Virus record (IMG/VR): IMGVR_UViG_3300042010_000106
Location: 62,001-126,000 of that record
Reading direction: 5' to 3' (one strand)
Length of the DNA stretch: 64,000 bases
Under the pieces are notes generated by a model. It saw only the letters and a list, made by a program, of their open reading frames with translations, was not told the DNA's origin and made no database searches. Numbering within the stretch: position 1 is the first letter of the stretch; every line of letters starts with the position of its first letter. The translations under genes were made by a program, and so were the position numbers. Below are positions 26,936 through 36,383 of the stretch, piece after piece.

Positions 26936-27607
26936 ATGAAAACCAAATATTCGCCGTATCTCCTTTCTCGTATCGCCGTGCGCTGGGCAGGAAATCTTAG
27001 CGGCATTAGTGAAGTCTGCTATTACGATTACATGGGCGCGGCTGAATACGAATTCGGTAGCGTGCCTACCAGCCTTGCGCGCATGCGCCGTACCTGTGCC
27101 GAAGACATCATGGTCATTTGGGAACTGGACGTGGCGCCCCGTGGTGGCTGGAAGCAGGGAGACGACAAACTTTATGCACTGGTGGCGCCGTCCTACGTTA
27201 AATCGCTGGAGAAAGGCGCACAGAGCCTCACAGACGGTATCAGGCGCGTCATGAATGCAGGCGGTTGCAAAATGGCGCCGATGTTCGACGCTGACTTTGC
27301 AGGCTGGCACGATATCGAAAACGATATTTTCTTCACGCCGAACGAAACGTTTGCCCAACTGCTTTATTCCGTATTGAGCCGTGACGTGGAATACACGAAA
27401 ACGATTGATAAGGAATTGAAGATTCGCGACCGCGTTGGATTGGCGACAGTGCTGAATGGCAAAAGTCTTTCCAGCGTGAAAAAGATGGGCCTGAAAGAAG
27501 GCGTGGTAACTTCGATTCTGGAAGACACGCTGAGCATCAAGGATTACAAAACCTACCGGATGCCTTTCGCATTCATTATCAGCCGTACTGCCGAGGTGGT
27601 GAAATGA
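26936..27607 (+). CDS. conserved phage hypothetical protein (DYMGxAEyEFG motif)
   Basis: YDYMGAAEYEFGSVPTSL. Confidence 0.7.
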   Translation: MKTKYSPYLLSRIAVRWAGNLSGISEVCYYDYMGAAEYEFGSVPTSLARMRRTCAEDIMVIWELDVAPRGGWKQGDDKLYALVAPSYVKSLEKGAQSLTDGIRRVMNAGGCKMAPMFDADFAGWHDIENDIFFTPNETFAQLLYSVLSRDVEYTKTIDKELKIRDRVGLATVLNGKSLSSVKKMGLKEGVVTSILEDTLSIKDYKTYRMPFAFIISRTAEVVK

Positions 27608-28206
27608 AAAAGCTTGATCGTCGTGAAGAGTTCGAAAAAGATTTCTTGTACGTGCACGAAAATACGTTGTCCTACAGCAAAAACGATTTGCTGCATTTCC
27701 GTTCTGACGACTACGACCTCAATTCGTACAGCGATGTCCGGTTGGCCGCTACGTACGACGGTTGGTGTCTGGCGAAAGATGCAGACAACAAACGCCACGA
27801 AGAATACGCCGCTTCGTTGATCGTGAAAGCTGATAAAAATCCTGTTGTGCAGACGTACAAAGAAATTCGTACACAAACCGGTGAATACATTCCTGCGCCA
27901 ACCGGTTTCTCATGGGGTGTGAATTTCGTTACGTCGAGGCAGTGGCCTGAAAGCGTTAAAATGATTCCCGGCGTGACCTACACGCTGAATGATGGCTGCG
28001 CAGTTGAATACGTGGACGTGATTCTGTTTCAAGTGCTGCACACTGCTGAACCTGAAGACAAGGCGCGTGCGAAAAATACGTACAAACAATTGTCCGATGG
28101 TTTCCACGTCAAAACGCATTTCGATTACGAAGACGGCGAGCTGCGTCATGAGCTGACCCGTCTCACTATCTACCACAAAGATTTCGTGGAGCTGCAAAAT
28201 GTATAA
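27604..28206 (+). CDS. hypothetical protein
   Basis: ATGA overlap, GAGG RBS. Confidence 0.7.
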   Translation: MKKLDRREEFEKDFLYVHENTLSYSKNDLLHFRSDDYDLNSYSDVRLAATYDGWCLAKDADNKRHEEYAASLIVKADKNPVVQTYKEIRTQTGEYIPAPTGFSWGVNFVTSRQWPESVKMIPGVTYTLNDGCAVEYVDVILFQVLHTAEPEDKARAKNTYKQLSDGFHVKTHFDYEDGELRHELTRLTIYHKDFVELQNV

Positions 28207-28552
28207 GACAGTTCGTGAAATGTTTATGGCGGTGTACAAAGCAAAGTACGCCAACACCGAAACCAAAGTCGCAAACATCTTTGCGTATGCCGACGACAAA
28301 TTCACTAACCCGAGTGTGCAGGTTGAGTGGGTTGCTTTCCAGAAAGTTTTGCACGCCGATTACATTTCCATCAAAGACGTGTGGGAAGCAGCAGGCGGCA
28401 ATCCCGGCATTAAAGCGTGCCGCGAAGAAGTGTTGTCCGTGTTGAAACAGCTCGACGAAATTTGCGACGATCATGAAGCGTTGCAGACTTCGCTGACCAG
28501 TTCCGAAAAACACATTGCTGTACACGGGGTGAATTATGCAGTCGGTTCCTGA
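28199..28552 (+). CDS. hypothetical protein
   Basis: GGAG RBS. Confidence 0.65.
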   Translation: MYKTVREMFMAVYKAKYANTETKVANIFAYADDKFTNPSVQVEWVAFQKVLHADYISIKDVWEAAGGNPGIKACREEVLSVLKQLDEICDDHEALQTSLTSSEKHIAVHGVNYAVGS

Positions 28553-28985
28553 ATCCGAAGAAAAAATTCAAATTCTGTACACGGGTGATTTCGTCGATGG
28601 CACTGGCGTAAAGCTGGATGAAATCAGCAAACAGCTTTGCGAGAAATTGGGCCTGTCTGTTGAATTCCTGACTGGCGATGTTCATTACGCTGCGTACGCC
28701 GATAAACTGTACGAAGAAAACCAAAAGTTCAAAGACTGGATTGGTGGTTTGCAAAAACAAATCGGCGACCGTATGTGCACTACCATCAAACGCGCCGATA
28801 ATGGTTTGCTTGGTGTAGAACGTCACAATTCAATTAAAGCCATGCGAAAAGGAAAGTACACGTGCATACGCAAAAACCCGCGCATGAGAGGATTATTATC
28901 GTCGGCGGGGATTACATGGGGGAACTTGGCCGACGGTGGGCACGGGAACAAATCGCAAGAATGGTTGCTCAACAAATACGTATGA
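28536..28985 (+). CDS. hypothetical protein
   Basis: shares GLL..ERH..IKAMRKGK with the next ORF. Confidence 0.6.
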   Translation: MQSVPESEEKIQILYTGDFVDGTGVKLDEISKQLCEKLGLSVEFLTGDVHYAAYADKLYEENQKFKDWIGGLQKQIGDRMCTTIKRADNGLLGVERHNSIKAMRKGKYTCIRKNPRMRGLLSSAGITWGNLADGGHGNKSQEWLLNKYV

Positions 28986-29113
28986 AACGTTTGCACGCGG
29001 GTCTGCTTTATCCTAAAGAGCGACACGCATTGATCAAAGCCATGAGGAAAGGAAAACCATGTCGGTTCGAACCAATTCCGAGATTGTGCCGCGAAGAACT
29101 GGTAATCTGGTAA
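28982..29113 (+). CDS. 43-aa peptide, partial duplicate of upstream C-terminal region
   Basis: MKRLHAGLLYPKERHALIKAMRKGK; ATGA overlap. Confidence 0.5.
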   Translation: MKRLHAGLLYPKERHALIKAMRKGKPCRFEPIPRLCREELVIW

Positions 29114-29272
29114 AACGTTTTCAACGTGTGCCGGGTGTGCCTATGTTGTTCGATTGGAACCTGTTGTGTTTCTATCGTGGCGTAGTTATCAACTCGCCTA
29201 AATCTGAATATCTGTACATGACATTTCGCAGTCTGCGCACGGCCCGCGTGTACATCAAAAAGGAACGCCGAA

Positions 29273-29953
29273 ATGACCGTCAGCAAAATTGAAGAACGGG
29301 AACGCGACCTGTTTAGCACACCGCTTTGGTTCAGTCGTCCGAACATCCGTTTCGCATTCAACGCCAAGGCATATCAGAACGGCACGTTTGGAACGCGTGT
29401 GGGGCCGTCTGACAGTCTTTTGGAAGCGGGCCTACACGAACTGGCGCACTGCATTGATTTCGAGCTGACAGGCAAGCCTACGCGCCTTCAGTACGAAGCG
29501 TTAGAATTCAAACGGCCTTATGCACACGCGTTGTTTGCGTACGGACGCTGGCACGATGATTTCCCGCTGACCACGCGGGGCAGTTGGGCAGAGATTCGCA
29601 CGAATGCAATTCAAGCGCTTTTGATGATGAAAGCGTTCGGCACCTGCTACCGCTATTCGTATGATGCGATGATTGATGACATCGTAGAATGCAGCGTTGA
29701 AGAAATGTTGCTGAAGAGTGCAAAGTCATTGTGGGTTCTCGACGACGCAATCAATTTCAAAACTGAAGTGCTGGGCAGCAATCCAATCGGTGCGCCCGTC
29801 GAAGAATTGTATTTGAACGCGATGATGAAATACTACAATCAGATTGATACGCCTTTCGGCACACAGAGAATTGTGCGGGCGTTGGATCGTGTAAACCTTC
29901 GTTTGGGGAAGTTGCATGCAGCGCATGAATCTGTCAACGGTGCAAAAAGCTGA
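29273..29953 (+). CDS. HExxH zincin-like protein
   Basis: GLHELAH plus downstream E (WAEIRTNA). Confidence 0.55.
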   Translation: MTVSKIEERERDLFSTPLWFSRPNIRFAFNAKAYQNGTFGTRVGPSDSLLEAGLHELAHCIDFELTGKPTRLQYEALEFKRPYAHALFAYGRWHDDFPLTTRGSWAEIRTNAIQALLMMKAFGTCYRYSYDAMIDDIVECSVEEMLLKSAKSLWVLDDAINFKTEVLGSNPIGAPVEELYLNAMMKYYNQIDTPFGTQRIVRALDRVNLRLGKLHAAHESVNGAKS

Positions 29954-30497
29954 AATCGCTTTAGACAATTATTTGTACAAATCTGGATGGGCCATGTACG
30001 TCATGTACAGGCATGCAATTCGGTTTCCACAAATGTACAGAATTGAATTGCACGAAGAAAATGGACGCTACGTAGCGGCGATGGCCGTTAAGGTGCGCAG
30101 CAGTCCCACGCGCAAATCGAACAAGTACACCGTTGCCGTTTTTGTAGACCTTACTTATCGTCGCAAAGGCATAGGCACAAAACTGCTGGCCCTTTTGGGC
30201 GACGACATCCGTAAATGCAAAGCAGGCAGCGGCGTTTCAGGTTCGCTAGATTTCTGGCGAGCCAACAACGTTACGTGTTTCACCGATCAGGATCATGCAG
30301 ATTGGGAAACCACTCTGACCGACATTGAAATAGACCAAAGGGAATTGGAAAAATGTTCCACAAACCAAAAGCCAAACTTGCTATCGAACGTTTCCTGCAT
30401 CGCTACGAAGTCCGCCACACGGTTGAAAGAAACCCTAGTGAAGTCGTGCACACGTACACGTTCCTCGCCAAAGGAAAACAGTTACCAATCCATGTAA
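29925..30497 (+). CDS. GNAT-family acetyltransferase
   Basis: motif A VFVDLTYRRKGIGTKLL; motif B-like SLDFW; C-terminal tail overlaps the next gene. Confidence 0.65.
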   Translation: MNLSTVQKAEIALDNYLYKSGWAMYVMYRHAIRFPQMYRIELHEENGRYVAAMAVKVRSSPTRKSNKYTVAVFVDLTYRRKGIGTKLLALLGDDIRKCKAGSGVSGSLDFWRANNVTCFTDQDHADWETTLTDIEIDQRELEKCSTNQKPNLLSNVSCIATKSATRLKETLVKSCTRTRSSPKENSYQSM

Positions 30498-30661
30498 CTG
30501 TAAAGGAAAGACAGGAACGCGGTTTCTTCTTTCCTCGCAATACCCGCTACGAATGCAAAAGCAACAACACGCTGCACACGCGCCATTTCAGCACACTAGA
30601 AAAACTGGTGTGTCATTTGGTTGTCCTTCAAGAAAAGAAAGATAGGATGGGCATAAAATGA
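30353..30661 (+). CDS. hypothetical protein
   Basis: ATGA-coupled to next gene. Confidence 0.55.
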   Translation: MFHKPKAKLAIERFLHRYEVRHTVERNPSEVVHTYTFLAKGKQLPIHVTVKERQERGFFFPRNTRYECKSNNTLHTRHFSTLEKLVCHLVVLQEKKDRMGIK

Positions 30662-30984
30662 TTGGTTTCTATTCTTCGTACATGGCTGGTTTCCTACGCC
30701 TGAATATCAAGAATCGGCGCGTGGTGCACACAGTTCTAAAACGTCCGTTCGCGCCAGACTATCGCGGGCACATGTACGAATTGTTCGACGGCGATGTGAT
30801 GACCAGCATTGTCACGGAACACGTACGTGGGCCTCGCTGGGGTTTGAAGACGCGGACGTATGTTGTCGATGTCATTTCGCACAACCACATTGCCAGTCGC
30901 AAAGAATTCAACGACAGCCAAATTGAAGACGCTGTTATGGTTCTCAAAATCCACAACGAACCTCAAGTCGTTTATCACGCATAA
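30658..30984 (+). CDS. hypothetical protein
   Basis: ATGA overlap. Confidence 0.6.
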   Translation: MIGFYSSYMAGFLRLNIKNRRVVHTVLKRPFAPDYRGHMYELFDGDVMTSIVTEHVRGPRWGLKTRTYVVDVISHNHIASRKEFNDSQIEDAVMVLKIHNEPQVVYHA

Positions 30985-30993
30985 GGTGTTGCC

Positions 30994-31575
30994 ATGATTA
31001 CCGTCACTTACATTGTTGAAGCGTCAACGTTCGGCTGTAATCTTGCGCTGAATGATTCGCAGGCCATTCGGATTTTTAACCAACTGGAAGGCAAGACCGA
31101 AGGCAACATAACTATTGCCAACGAATTCGCCTTCGACGTTTTGCGCACGTTGATTGGTGAAGACAAAATCAGTTTTGAACACGTCGAATTGGTTTTGCAC
31201 CTCAAGGACAAAATCACGCGCCATCGTTTCAACACGTTCGGCAATCTGCTGACCGAAGACGGCACCGGGCCTTTCCACTTCGAAACGCCTAGCGACATGA
31301 TCATGCACCGCCGCTGGCACGCAATCGCCGCCAAACAGCGTGTACGGCGTTTAGAGCGCGATAAGCGATTGCAGGCAGAGAAGGAGGCGCGTTTAGGGCT
31401 AACGATCCCTGAGCCTATACTACAGGCCGTTCTGGCTGAAGACGCGGAGTGTCGTAAACGCTTGGGCCTAACTGAATGCACAGAACAGCTCATGACGCCC
31501 GGTGCCGATGTTGACGCCGCGTTAGCGCATGCGTCTACGGTTTTGGGATTGCCCACCACCGAATCAAAACTGTAA
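30994..31575 (+). CDS. hypothetical protein with DUF3696-like (ATPase C-terminal) segment
   Basis: NEFAFDVLRTLIGEDKISFEHVELV...RFNTFGNL. Confidence 0.45.
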   Translation: MITVTYIVEASTFGCNLALNDSQAIRIFNQLEGKTEGNITIANEFAFDVLRTLIGEDKISFEHVELVLHLKDKITRHRFNTFGNLLTEDGTGPFHFETPSDMIMHRRWHAIAAKQRVRRLERDKRLQAEKEARLGLTIPEPILQAVLAEDAECRKRLGLTECTEQLMTPGADVDAALAHASTVLGLPTTESKL

Positions 31576-31583
31576 AGGGGTAC

Positions 31584-31886
31584 ATGAAAATGTTCCATCC
31601 TATCCTTGAAGAAATGTTGAAAAACGATTTGGAATTCACCGTACGTAAAAAGGACGATGAATACTACTACGACATCAACGCAGGTACACGCGGCGGGCCG
31701 TTGGTTGCAGTTGTGCGCAACGATAGTTCGCTGACCGTCACGATGCGTTACGACACGAAAACGGTTGTGTCGAATTTCGATCAGCTTTGCTACATGGTCA
31801 ACGAATCGCGCTTCGGTGGCCCCAACCTGAATTTTGATTGGCGCCGCGTTCTGGTTGAGCGTGACATTATGAGTGAACACGAATGA
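31584..31886 (+). CDS. hypothetical protein
   Basis: AGGGG RBS. Confidence 0.65.
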   Translation: MKMFHPILEEMLKNDLEFTVRKKDDEYYYDINAGTRGGPLVAVVRNDSSLTVTMRYDTKTVVSNFDQLCYMVNESRFGGPNLNFDWRRVLVERDIMSEHE

Positions 31887-32476
31887 GCCAGTACGAAAAG
31901 AAACCACGCTGGATCGAAGTTGACCTGAGCATGTACGTTGCGCACTGGACAACGAAAAGCGTAATCGAAAACGAAGACATGGCAATTCTGTACATGCTGC
32001 TGAAAGGCGTGCTGGATCGCTGCACTGTGCGCGTAGCAGAATGCGAAAAACAGTTGCTGGAATTGGGCGAGCAATTCGACAAGCCTATGCGTGTAATTGA
32101 TTCGCGCAATCCTGAAGCACGCATGCAATATGTTCTCGCCAAGCGTCACCAAATCCTGTTGCGGCATGCGTTTGAAAATCTGCGCCGCACTGCACAAGAC
32201 AACGGGTTAGTGCATTACCGTTTCAGCGTTTATCTTTCGGTTCCGCTCAAAGATGCAGAGTGGTCTATTCGTCACACGATGCTTTCTGACATTTTCGAAT
32301 TGGTTGGGTACTACGCCGACAACCTGCTGGACAAAAAGCAGATTGAAGAGGAAGAAAACGGCCCGCTGAATCACGAACGTGAAATGTATTACATGCACCT
32401 ACATGGTGTTCGTAGTTCCATGGAACGTTTGGTGCGCGGGCACGATCAGTGGAACAACTTCAAAGTTCACATTTAA
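31883..32476 (+). CDS. hypothetical protein
   Basis: ATGA overlap. Confidence 0.7.
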   Translation: MSQYEKKPRWIEVDLSMYVAHWTTKSVIENEDMAILYMLLKGVLDRCTVRVAECEKQLLELGEQFDKPMRVIDSRNPEARMQYVLAKRHQILLRHAFENLRRTAQDNGLVHYRFSVYLSVPLKDAEWSIRHTMLSDIFELVGYYADNLLDKKQIEEEENGPLNHEREMYYMHLHGVRSSMERLVRGHDQWNNFKVHI

Positions 32477-32487
32477 GGAATTCGGTC

Positions 32488-32874
32488 ATGACTGAAGACA
32501 GAGCGTTGTTTCGGGATTTCACCTACACGCAATTTCGCGACGATTCCGCTTTCCGCGATATGAACGGTTTGATCGCCATTCACAATCCGCCTAAAAATCT
32601 GGTTCATTCGTGGCGCTATCGTGTGCGCACTGAAGACAAGCCGGATGAAATTGCGTACGACATCTGGATTTACGTTTATGATATGTCAGTTTATCCGACG
32701 TTCATTGCAGATAGCGGCGTGCCTCGTTTTATTTACGAAGCCGAAGTGCACATTCAACGCGATTCTGACGAAGGCCCTTCTGTTAATTTAAAGTATGCGG
32801 TTAAATCCCCGATGGAAGCACGGGAAACCGCGTTCGCAGTTTGGCAAGCACTGGACTGCCCTACCCACACATAA
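32488..32874 (+). CDS. hypothetical protein
   Basis: TAAGGA RBS. Confidence 0.65.
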   Translation: MTEDRALFRDFTYTQFRDDSAFRDMNGLIAIHNPPKNLVHSWRYRVRTEDKPDEIAYDIWIYVYDMSVYPTFIADSGVPRFIYEAEVHIQRDSDEGPSVNLKYAVKSPMEARETAFAVWQALDCPTHT

Positions 32875-32888
32875 AGGGCTAGAAACAA

Positions 32889-34079
32889 ATGAAAGTCAAT
32901 TTTGACATTGCACAAGGAACATACAAAAAGAAAACAGAAGCGAAGTGGATTGTTGACCCAAGCGTTGCGTGGGTTTCCTACACAATCAACGGGCGGGCGC
33001 CGACGCTCGCTCAATACATTGCTTATGATCAGTTGCAGCCGCCGAATCCGTTTCTGGCAGTGACACAAGATGGTCGCGGCAATGCTGTTTTCGATGGTGG
33101 TTTTCCAAAGTTTTACAACGTGTATGCGCCGCCAGCCGGTTCAGGTTTTGCTCAACTGAATGGCAGTTTCAAGTTCCTGTTTAACGCGCTCAATTTCTGC
33201 GCGAAGCCGGGTAAAGCTCGAAACGTTTTGTTCCTCGGCGATGCGCCGGACGATGCAGCAAACTACACGCTGAAAGGTTCACGCGGTACAGACTTCGCAA
33301 TCAGTATGCAGCGCGTTTGTGCGGCTGCTGGTTTCAACGCTTCGTTCCTTTCGGTTACGGACTACGGCGGCGTTCTGAATCCAAGCATGGCAACGCTTGA
33401 TCAGTTCTGCTGTGTGGTTCTGATGTCTTCGAATTATCCGGGTGTTCCACTGATTACGAAAGAAGCTGTGCAAGCATTTGTGCAGTATCGTGAAGCTGGC
33501 AACGGTGTAATAATTATCACTGACCACGGCGTTCCTGATATCGACGATATTGACGAAGCCGTTGACGGTTCTTATTCCGCTTTCTACCGAACGGCTAACA
33601 TGGTCGCGGCAGAATTCGGTGTGTTCTTCACAGGACTTTACGACCGGCAACCTGTGAACGTTGGTTTCATTCGTGCGAACTACGGCGACCATCCGTTGTA
33701 CGCAGGTATCACCAACGAAGAATCAATTCAGGCGGGCGCATCCGAATCGAAGGTTGTAGTTTTCGACTTCCGAAAATATGCACCGGGGGATTTGCCGCCA
33801 CTCGCATTCGTTGACGGATGTTATTTCGTGCAAGTCATGGCGTATTCGCACGACGGCACGGTCGAGTTCAGCCGGTTCATGTTTTGCATTGATCAAAACG
33901 CCGTTGTACACGTTCGTCGTTTGTACGTTCGTGAAAACAGCAACGCGCCGTGGGTGGTCAACTTCGACAAAGGCGGCTGGCGCGTTTACGACGCTCCAAG
34001 CAGTCAGTTCATCCAAATGAAAAGTTCCAATACTTTGTTGTGGGATAAGGACAACAAGGAATGGGTAAACGTAAAATAA
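32889..34079 (+). CDS. putative virion-associated protein with GATase-like alpha/beta core
   Basis: GNAVFDGGFPKFYN, FVQYREAGNGVIIITDH, Trp-rich C-terminal tail resembling jumbo-phage virion proteins (from recall). Confidence 0.45.
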   Translation: MKVNFDIAQGTYKKKTEAKWIVDPSVAWVSYTINGRAPTLAQYIAYDQLQPPNPFLAVTQDGRGNAVFDGGFPKFYNVYAPPAGSGFAQLNGSFKFLFNALNFCAKPGKARNVLFLGDAPDDAANYTLKGSRGTDFAISMQRVCAAAGFNASFLSVTDYGGVLNPSMATLDQFCCVVLMSSNYPGVPLITKEAVQAFVQYREAGNGVIIITDHGVPDIDDIDEAVDGSYSAFYRTANMVAAEFGVFFTGLYDRQPVNVGFIRANYGDHPLYAGITNEESIQAGASESKVVVFDFRKYAPGDLPPLAFVDGCYFVQVMAYSHDGTVEFSRFMFCIDQNAVVHVRRLYVRENSNAPWVVNFDKGGWRVYDAPSSQFIQMKSSNTLLWDKDNKEWVNVK

Positions 34080-34092
34080 ACGGAAAGAAATA

Positions 34093-34332
34093 ATGAGCCG
34101 GGGCATAACAAAAGGGCAAGTGTTGATCGACGATATCAGCACAACACTCAAAGAAAAAATTGGCGCCGAAATTGTGCGCCGTGGTTTGACCCAAGTAGAC
34201 GTGACGAAGAAATTCGGCATTTCGAAAATCGACCTGTACAATTTGATTTCGGGTAAGGGCAGCGTCCCACTGGCGCGGGTGATCATGCTCGCCGCCGACC
34301 TCGACATCAAAATGGATTTCAAAATCGGCTAA
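34093..34332 (+). CDS. XRE-family HTH regulator
   Basis: IVRRGLTQVDVTKKFGISKIDLYNLISGKGSVPLARVIMLAADLD. Confidence 0.75.
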   Translation: MSRGITKGQVLIDDISTTLKEKIGAEIVRRGLTQVDVTKKFGISKIDLYNLISGKGSVPLARVIMLAADLDIKMDFKIG

Positions 34333-34342
34333 CTGGAGACAA

Positions 34343-35053
34343 ATGATTAATCTCGATTTGTTGAATCTCACAACACCAGAACCAAAGTATCCGGGTAGTA
34401 CGGTAAGCATCATTTACCCGCCCGGTTCTTTCCCACAAAACGAATTCTTTTCGGTGTTGCCGAACGGTGATTTGAAATTGTGGGCACCGACTAAAGGCGT
34501 GTCGTCAAAGTCTACCAGCCGTACGCGTACTGAGCTGCGCGAGTGCATCGAAAACGGTATCGTCTACAACTGGCGCTATCCTGTCTTTGCACACCACTGG
34601 CTGCGAGTGGCAATGACCGTGCTGCAAGTTCCGAAAAAAGGTGAAACGGTTATCGGGCAAATCCACGTACACGGAAATACCCGACCGCCTGTAAAACTTT
34701 CGTTCGATAAAGCTGCTGACGGCATCGGCCAATTGACTGTGGGTTTCCGCACAACATTCGATCAGGTAAATCCTGTCGATTACGTGCTGATGCGTGACAT
34801 TCCAGTCGGTACGCGGTTCACGTTCAACATTCACGTGACTGCATCTGGAGCTGTTTTGTTTTCGTCGAGTTTCACCGACGCGAACGGACAGAAACAAACT
34901 GGAAATATCACGCTGCCTTTTGACGAAAGTTGGAAGGCGCAAGGTTTGTACTTCAAGGCTGGTGTTTACAACCAAGAAGATCCAACCGAATTTACCCTCG
35001 ACACTGAAGGTAGCGCAGCACTGATTCACAAGCTGGAAATAACACACGATTAA
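34343..35053 (+). CDS. polysaccharide lyase family 7 alginate lyase
   Basis: all three PL7 motifs: RTELRE, IGQIH, YFKAGVYNQ; no signal peptide. Confidence 0.9.
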   Translation: MINLDLLNLTTPEPKYPGSTVSIIYPPGSFPQNEFFSVLPNGDLKLWAPTKGVSSKSTSRTRTELRECIENGIVYNWRYPVFAHHWLRVAMTVLQVPKKGETVIGQIHVHGNTRPPVKLSFDKAADGIGQLTVGFRTTFDQVNPVDYVLMRDIPVGTRFTFNIHVTASGAVLFSSSFTDANGQKQTGNITLPFDESWKAQGLYFKAGVYNQEDPTEFTLDTEGSAALIHKLEITHD

Positions 35054-35063
35054 CAGAAATAAA

Positions 35064-35094
35064 GGTGGCGGACTTCGGTTCGCCATTTCTCTTT
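35064..35094 (+). terminator. intrinsic terminator after alginate lyase
   Basis: GGTGGCGGA-CTTCGG-TTCGCCATT with UUCG loop, then TCTCTTT. Confidence 0.7.
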
Positions 35095-35107
35095 GTGGGC
35101 GCAGAAA

Positions 35108-35272
35108 ATGCACAAGAAAGAACCAAAACAAAGTAAACAGATTGTGACCTGCGTTCGTGGACACACCGGGCGTTTTGTTGAAACGTGGAACAGCAAATAC
35201 AAACTCTGGTACATGGCCTGCGCAGAATGCAAATGCGCCGTGTATTGGTCTGGAGGAAGCAATGTTTCGTAG
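35108..35272 (+). CDS. 54-aa putative Zn-ribbon peptide
   Basis: my translation ...CVRGH...CAECKC...; overlaps next start; not in ORF track. Confidence 0.45.
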   Translation: MHKKEPKQSKQIVTCVRGHTGRFVETWNSKYKLWYMACAECKCAVYWSGGSNVS

Positions 35273-35684
35273 TGTGAAATTCATCAACACTTTGACGCAA
35301 GAACAGTGGGCCGAACTTGGGGAACTTCGTAGGGCCTGTGGCCGATTCAACCAACGTCGCATACACGGCTATAGCCTCACTAACGAAGATCGCGAAAAGT
35401 TTGCAGAAGACAAACCCAAGCTCGCTGCGATGAACGAAGCATTCGGCATCACGGGTGTGTCGATCTACGTCACTATGAAAAATGTAAACGATGAATATCT
35501 TTACGACATCGTAGAGGCGCCGCCGTTCCTGCACAAAGACTGCATGCTGCCCGCGTTGATTGAATTCATCATTAGCACAATCGACGACCGACACAACGCG
35601 CCTTCGGCTTTCAACGCAGAACGCCCGTGGGAATTCTGGAATATTCAAATGCCTGCAAATAAAGGCATTCTTCGGAGACTGTAA
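35262..35684 (+). CDS. hypothetical protein
   Basis: GGAGG RBS before ATG 35262. Confidence 0.65.
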   Translation: MFRSVKFINTLTQEQWAELGELRRACGRFNQRRIHGYSLTNEDREKFAEDKPKLAAMNEAFGITGVSIYVTMKNVNDEYLYDIVEAPPFLHKDCMLPALIEFIISTIDDRHNAPSAFNAERPWEFWNIQMPANKGILRRL

Positions 35685-35685
35685 A

Positions 35686-36018
35686 GTGGTTGAGCATCCA
35701 ATTCTGAAAGGTAACGTCTTTGGCATAAGTGCAGAAGACGCGCTGGAATATTTGTTGGCGGGCAAGCCGTTACCGCACGGATATTCGTGGATTCTTCGCA
35801 CGGCAAATAAAACGCTTGGCGAATACGTTTTGCATCCGCTGAAATGCGGCCAGCGTGACGCACACGTGGCGTACACTGACGGCAAGACACGTCTGCAAGG
35901 CATGGCGTATTTGCACTGCACCGCGCATCAAGCTTTGTTGCTCGACGACGATGCAATGGAAGCACTAAAAATGTGGGGGCCGCAGCGCCTCGACCAATGG
36001 GACATTCGGAGAATTTAA
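35686..36018 (+). CDS. hypothetical protein
   Basis: GTG after GGAG. Confidence 0.55.
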   Translation: MVEHPILKGNVFGISAEDALEYLLAGKPLPHGYSWILRTANKTLGEYVLHPLKCGQRDAHVAYTDGKTRLQGMAYLHCTAHQALLLDDDAMEALKMWGPQRLDQWDIRRI

Positions 36019-36020
36019 CA

Positions 36021-36374
36021 ATGATTCCTTTGGGTCAAGGCCAGAATCCGCTGAGCATTATGAAATCCGTAAAACTCGGCCCACCAATGAATCAGACGAC
36101 GTATGATCTGATTCGCAATTTCAATAACGGTTGGGTTAAAGAAGACCAGCCGGAATACGCGGAACAGGAAAAAATTGTTGCGCAGCACGAAGCCGCTCTC
36201 GGTCATGTTTTTGTGCAGGTTAAAATACATGATAGCGATTTCATTTACTACGCTGCTGACGTTTATCCGGCTTGTCGTTGTATGAGTGTGCGAAGAGAAT
36301 TACTGCACACACTTGATCGTCTTGTATCACAGCAGGACGTCACCTACGCCATTTATGCAATCCATTTGATTTAA
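36021..36374 (+). CDS. hypothetical protein
   Basis: GGAG RBS. Confidence 0.6.
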   Translation: MIPLGQGQNPLSIMKSVKLGPPMNQTTYDLIRNFNNGWVKEDQPEYAEQEKIVAQHEAALGHVFVQVKIHDSDFIYYAADVYPACRCMSVRRELLHTLDRLVSQQDVTYAIYAIHLI

Positions 36375-36383
36375 GGAATTACC

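Noticed and set aside
30353-30497. Programmed frameshift between the GNAT gene and the next gene
   Set aside because: The 145-nt overlap has no clear slippery heptamer or stimulatory structure; loss of a stop codon is the simpler explanation.
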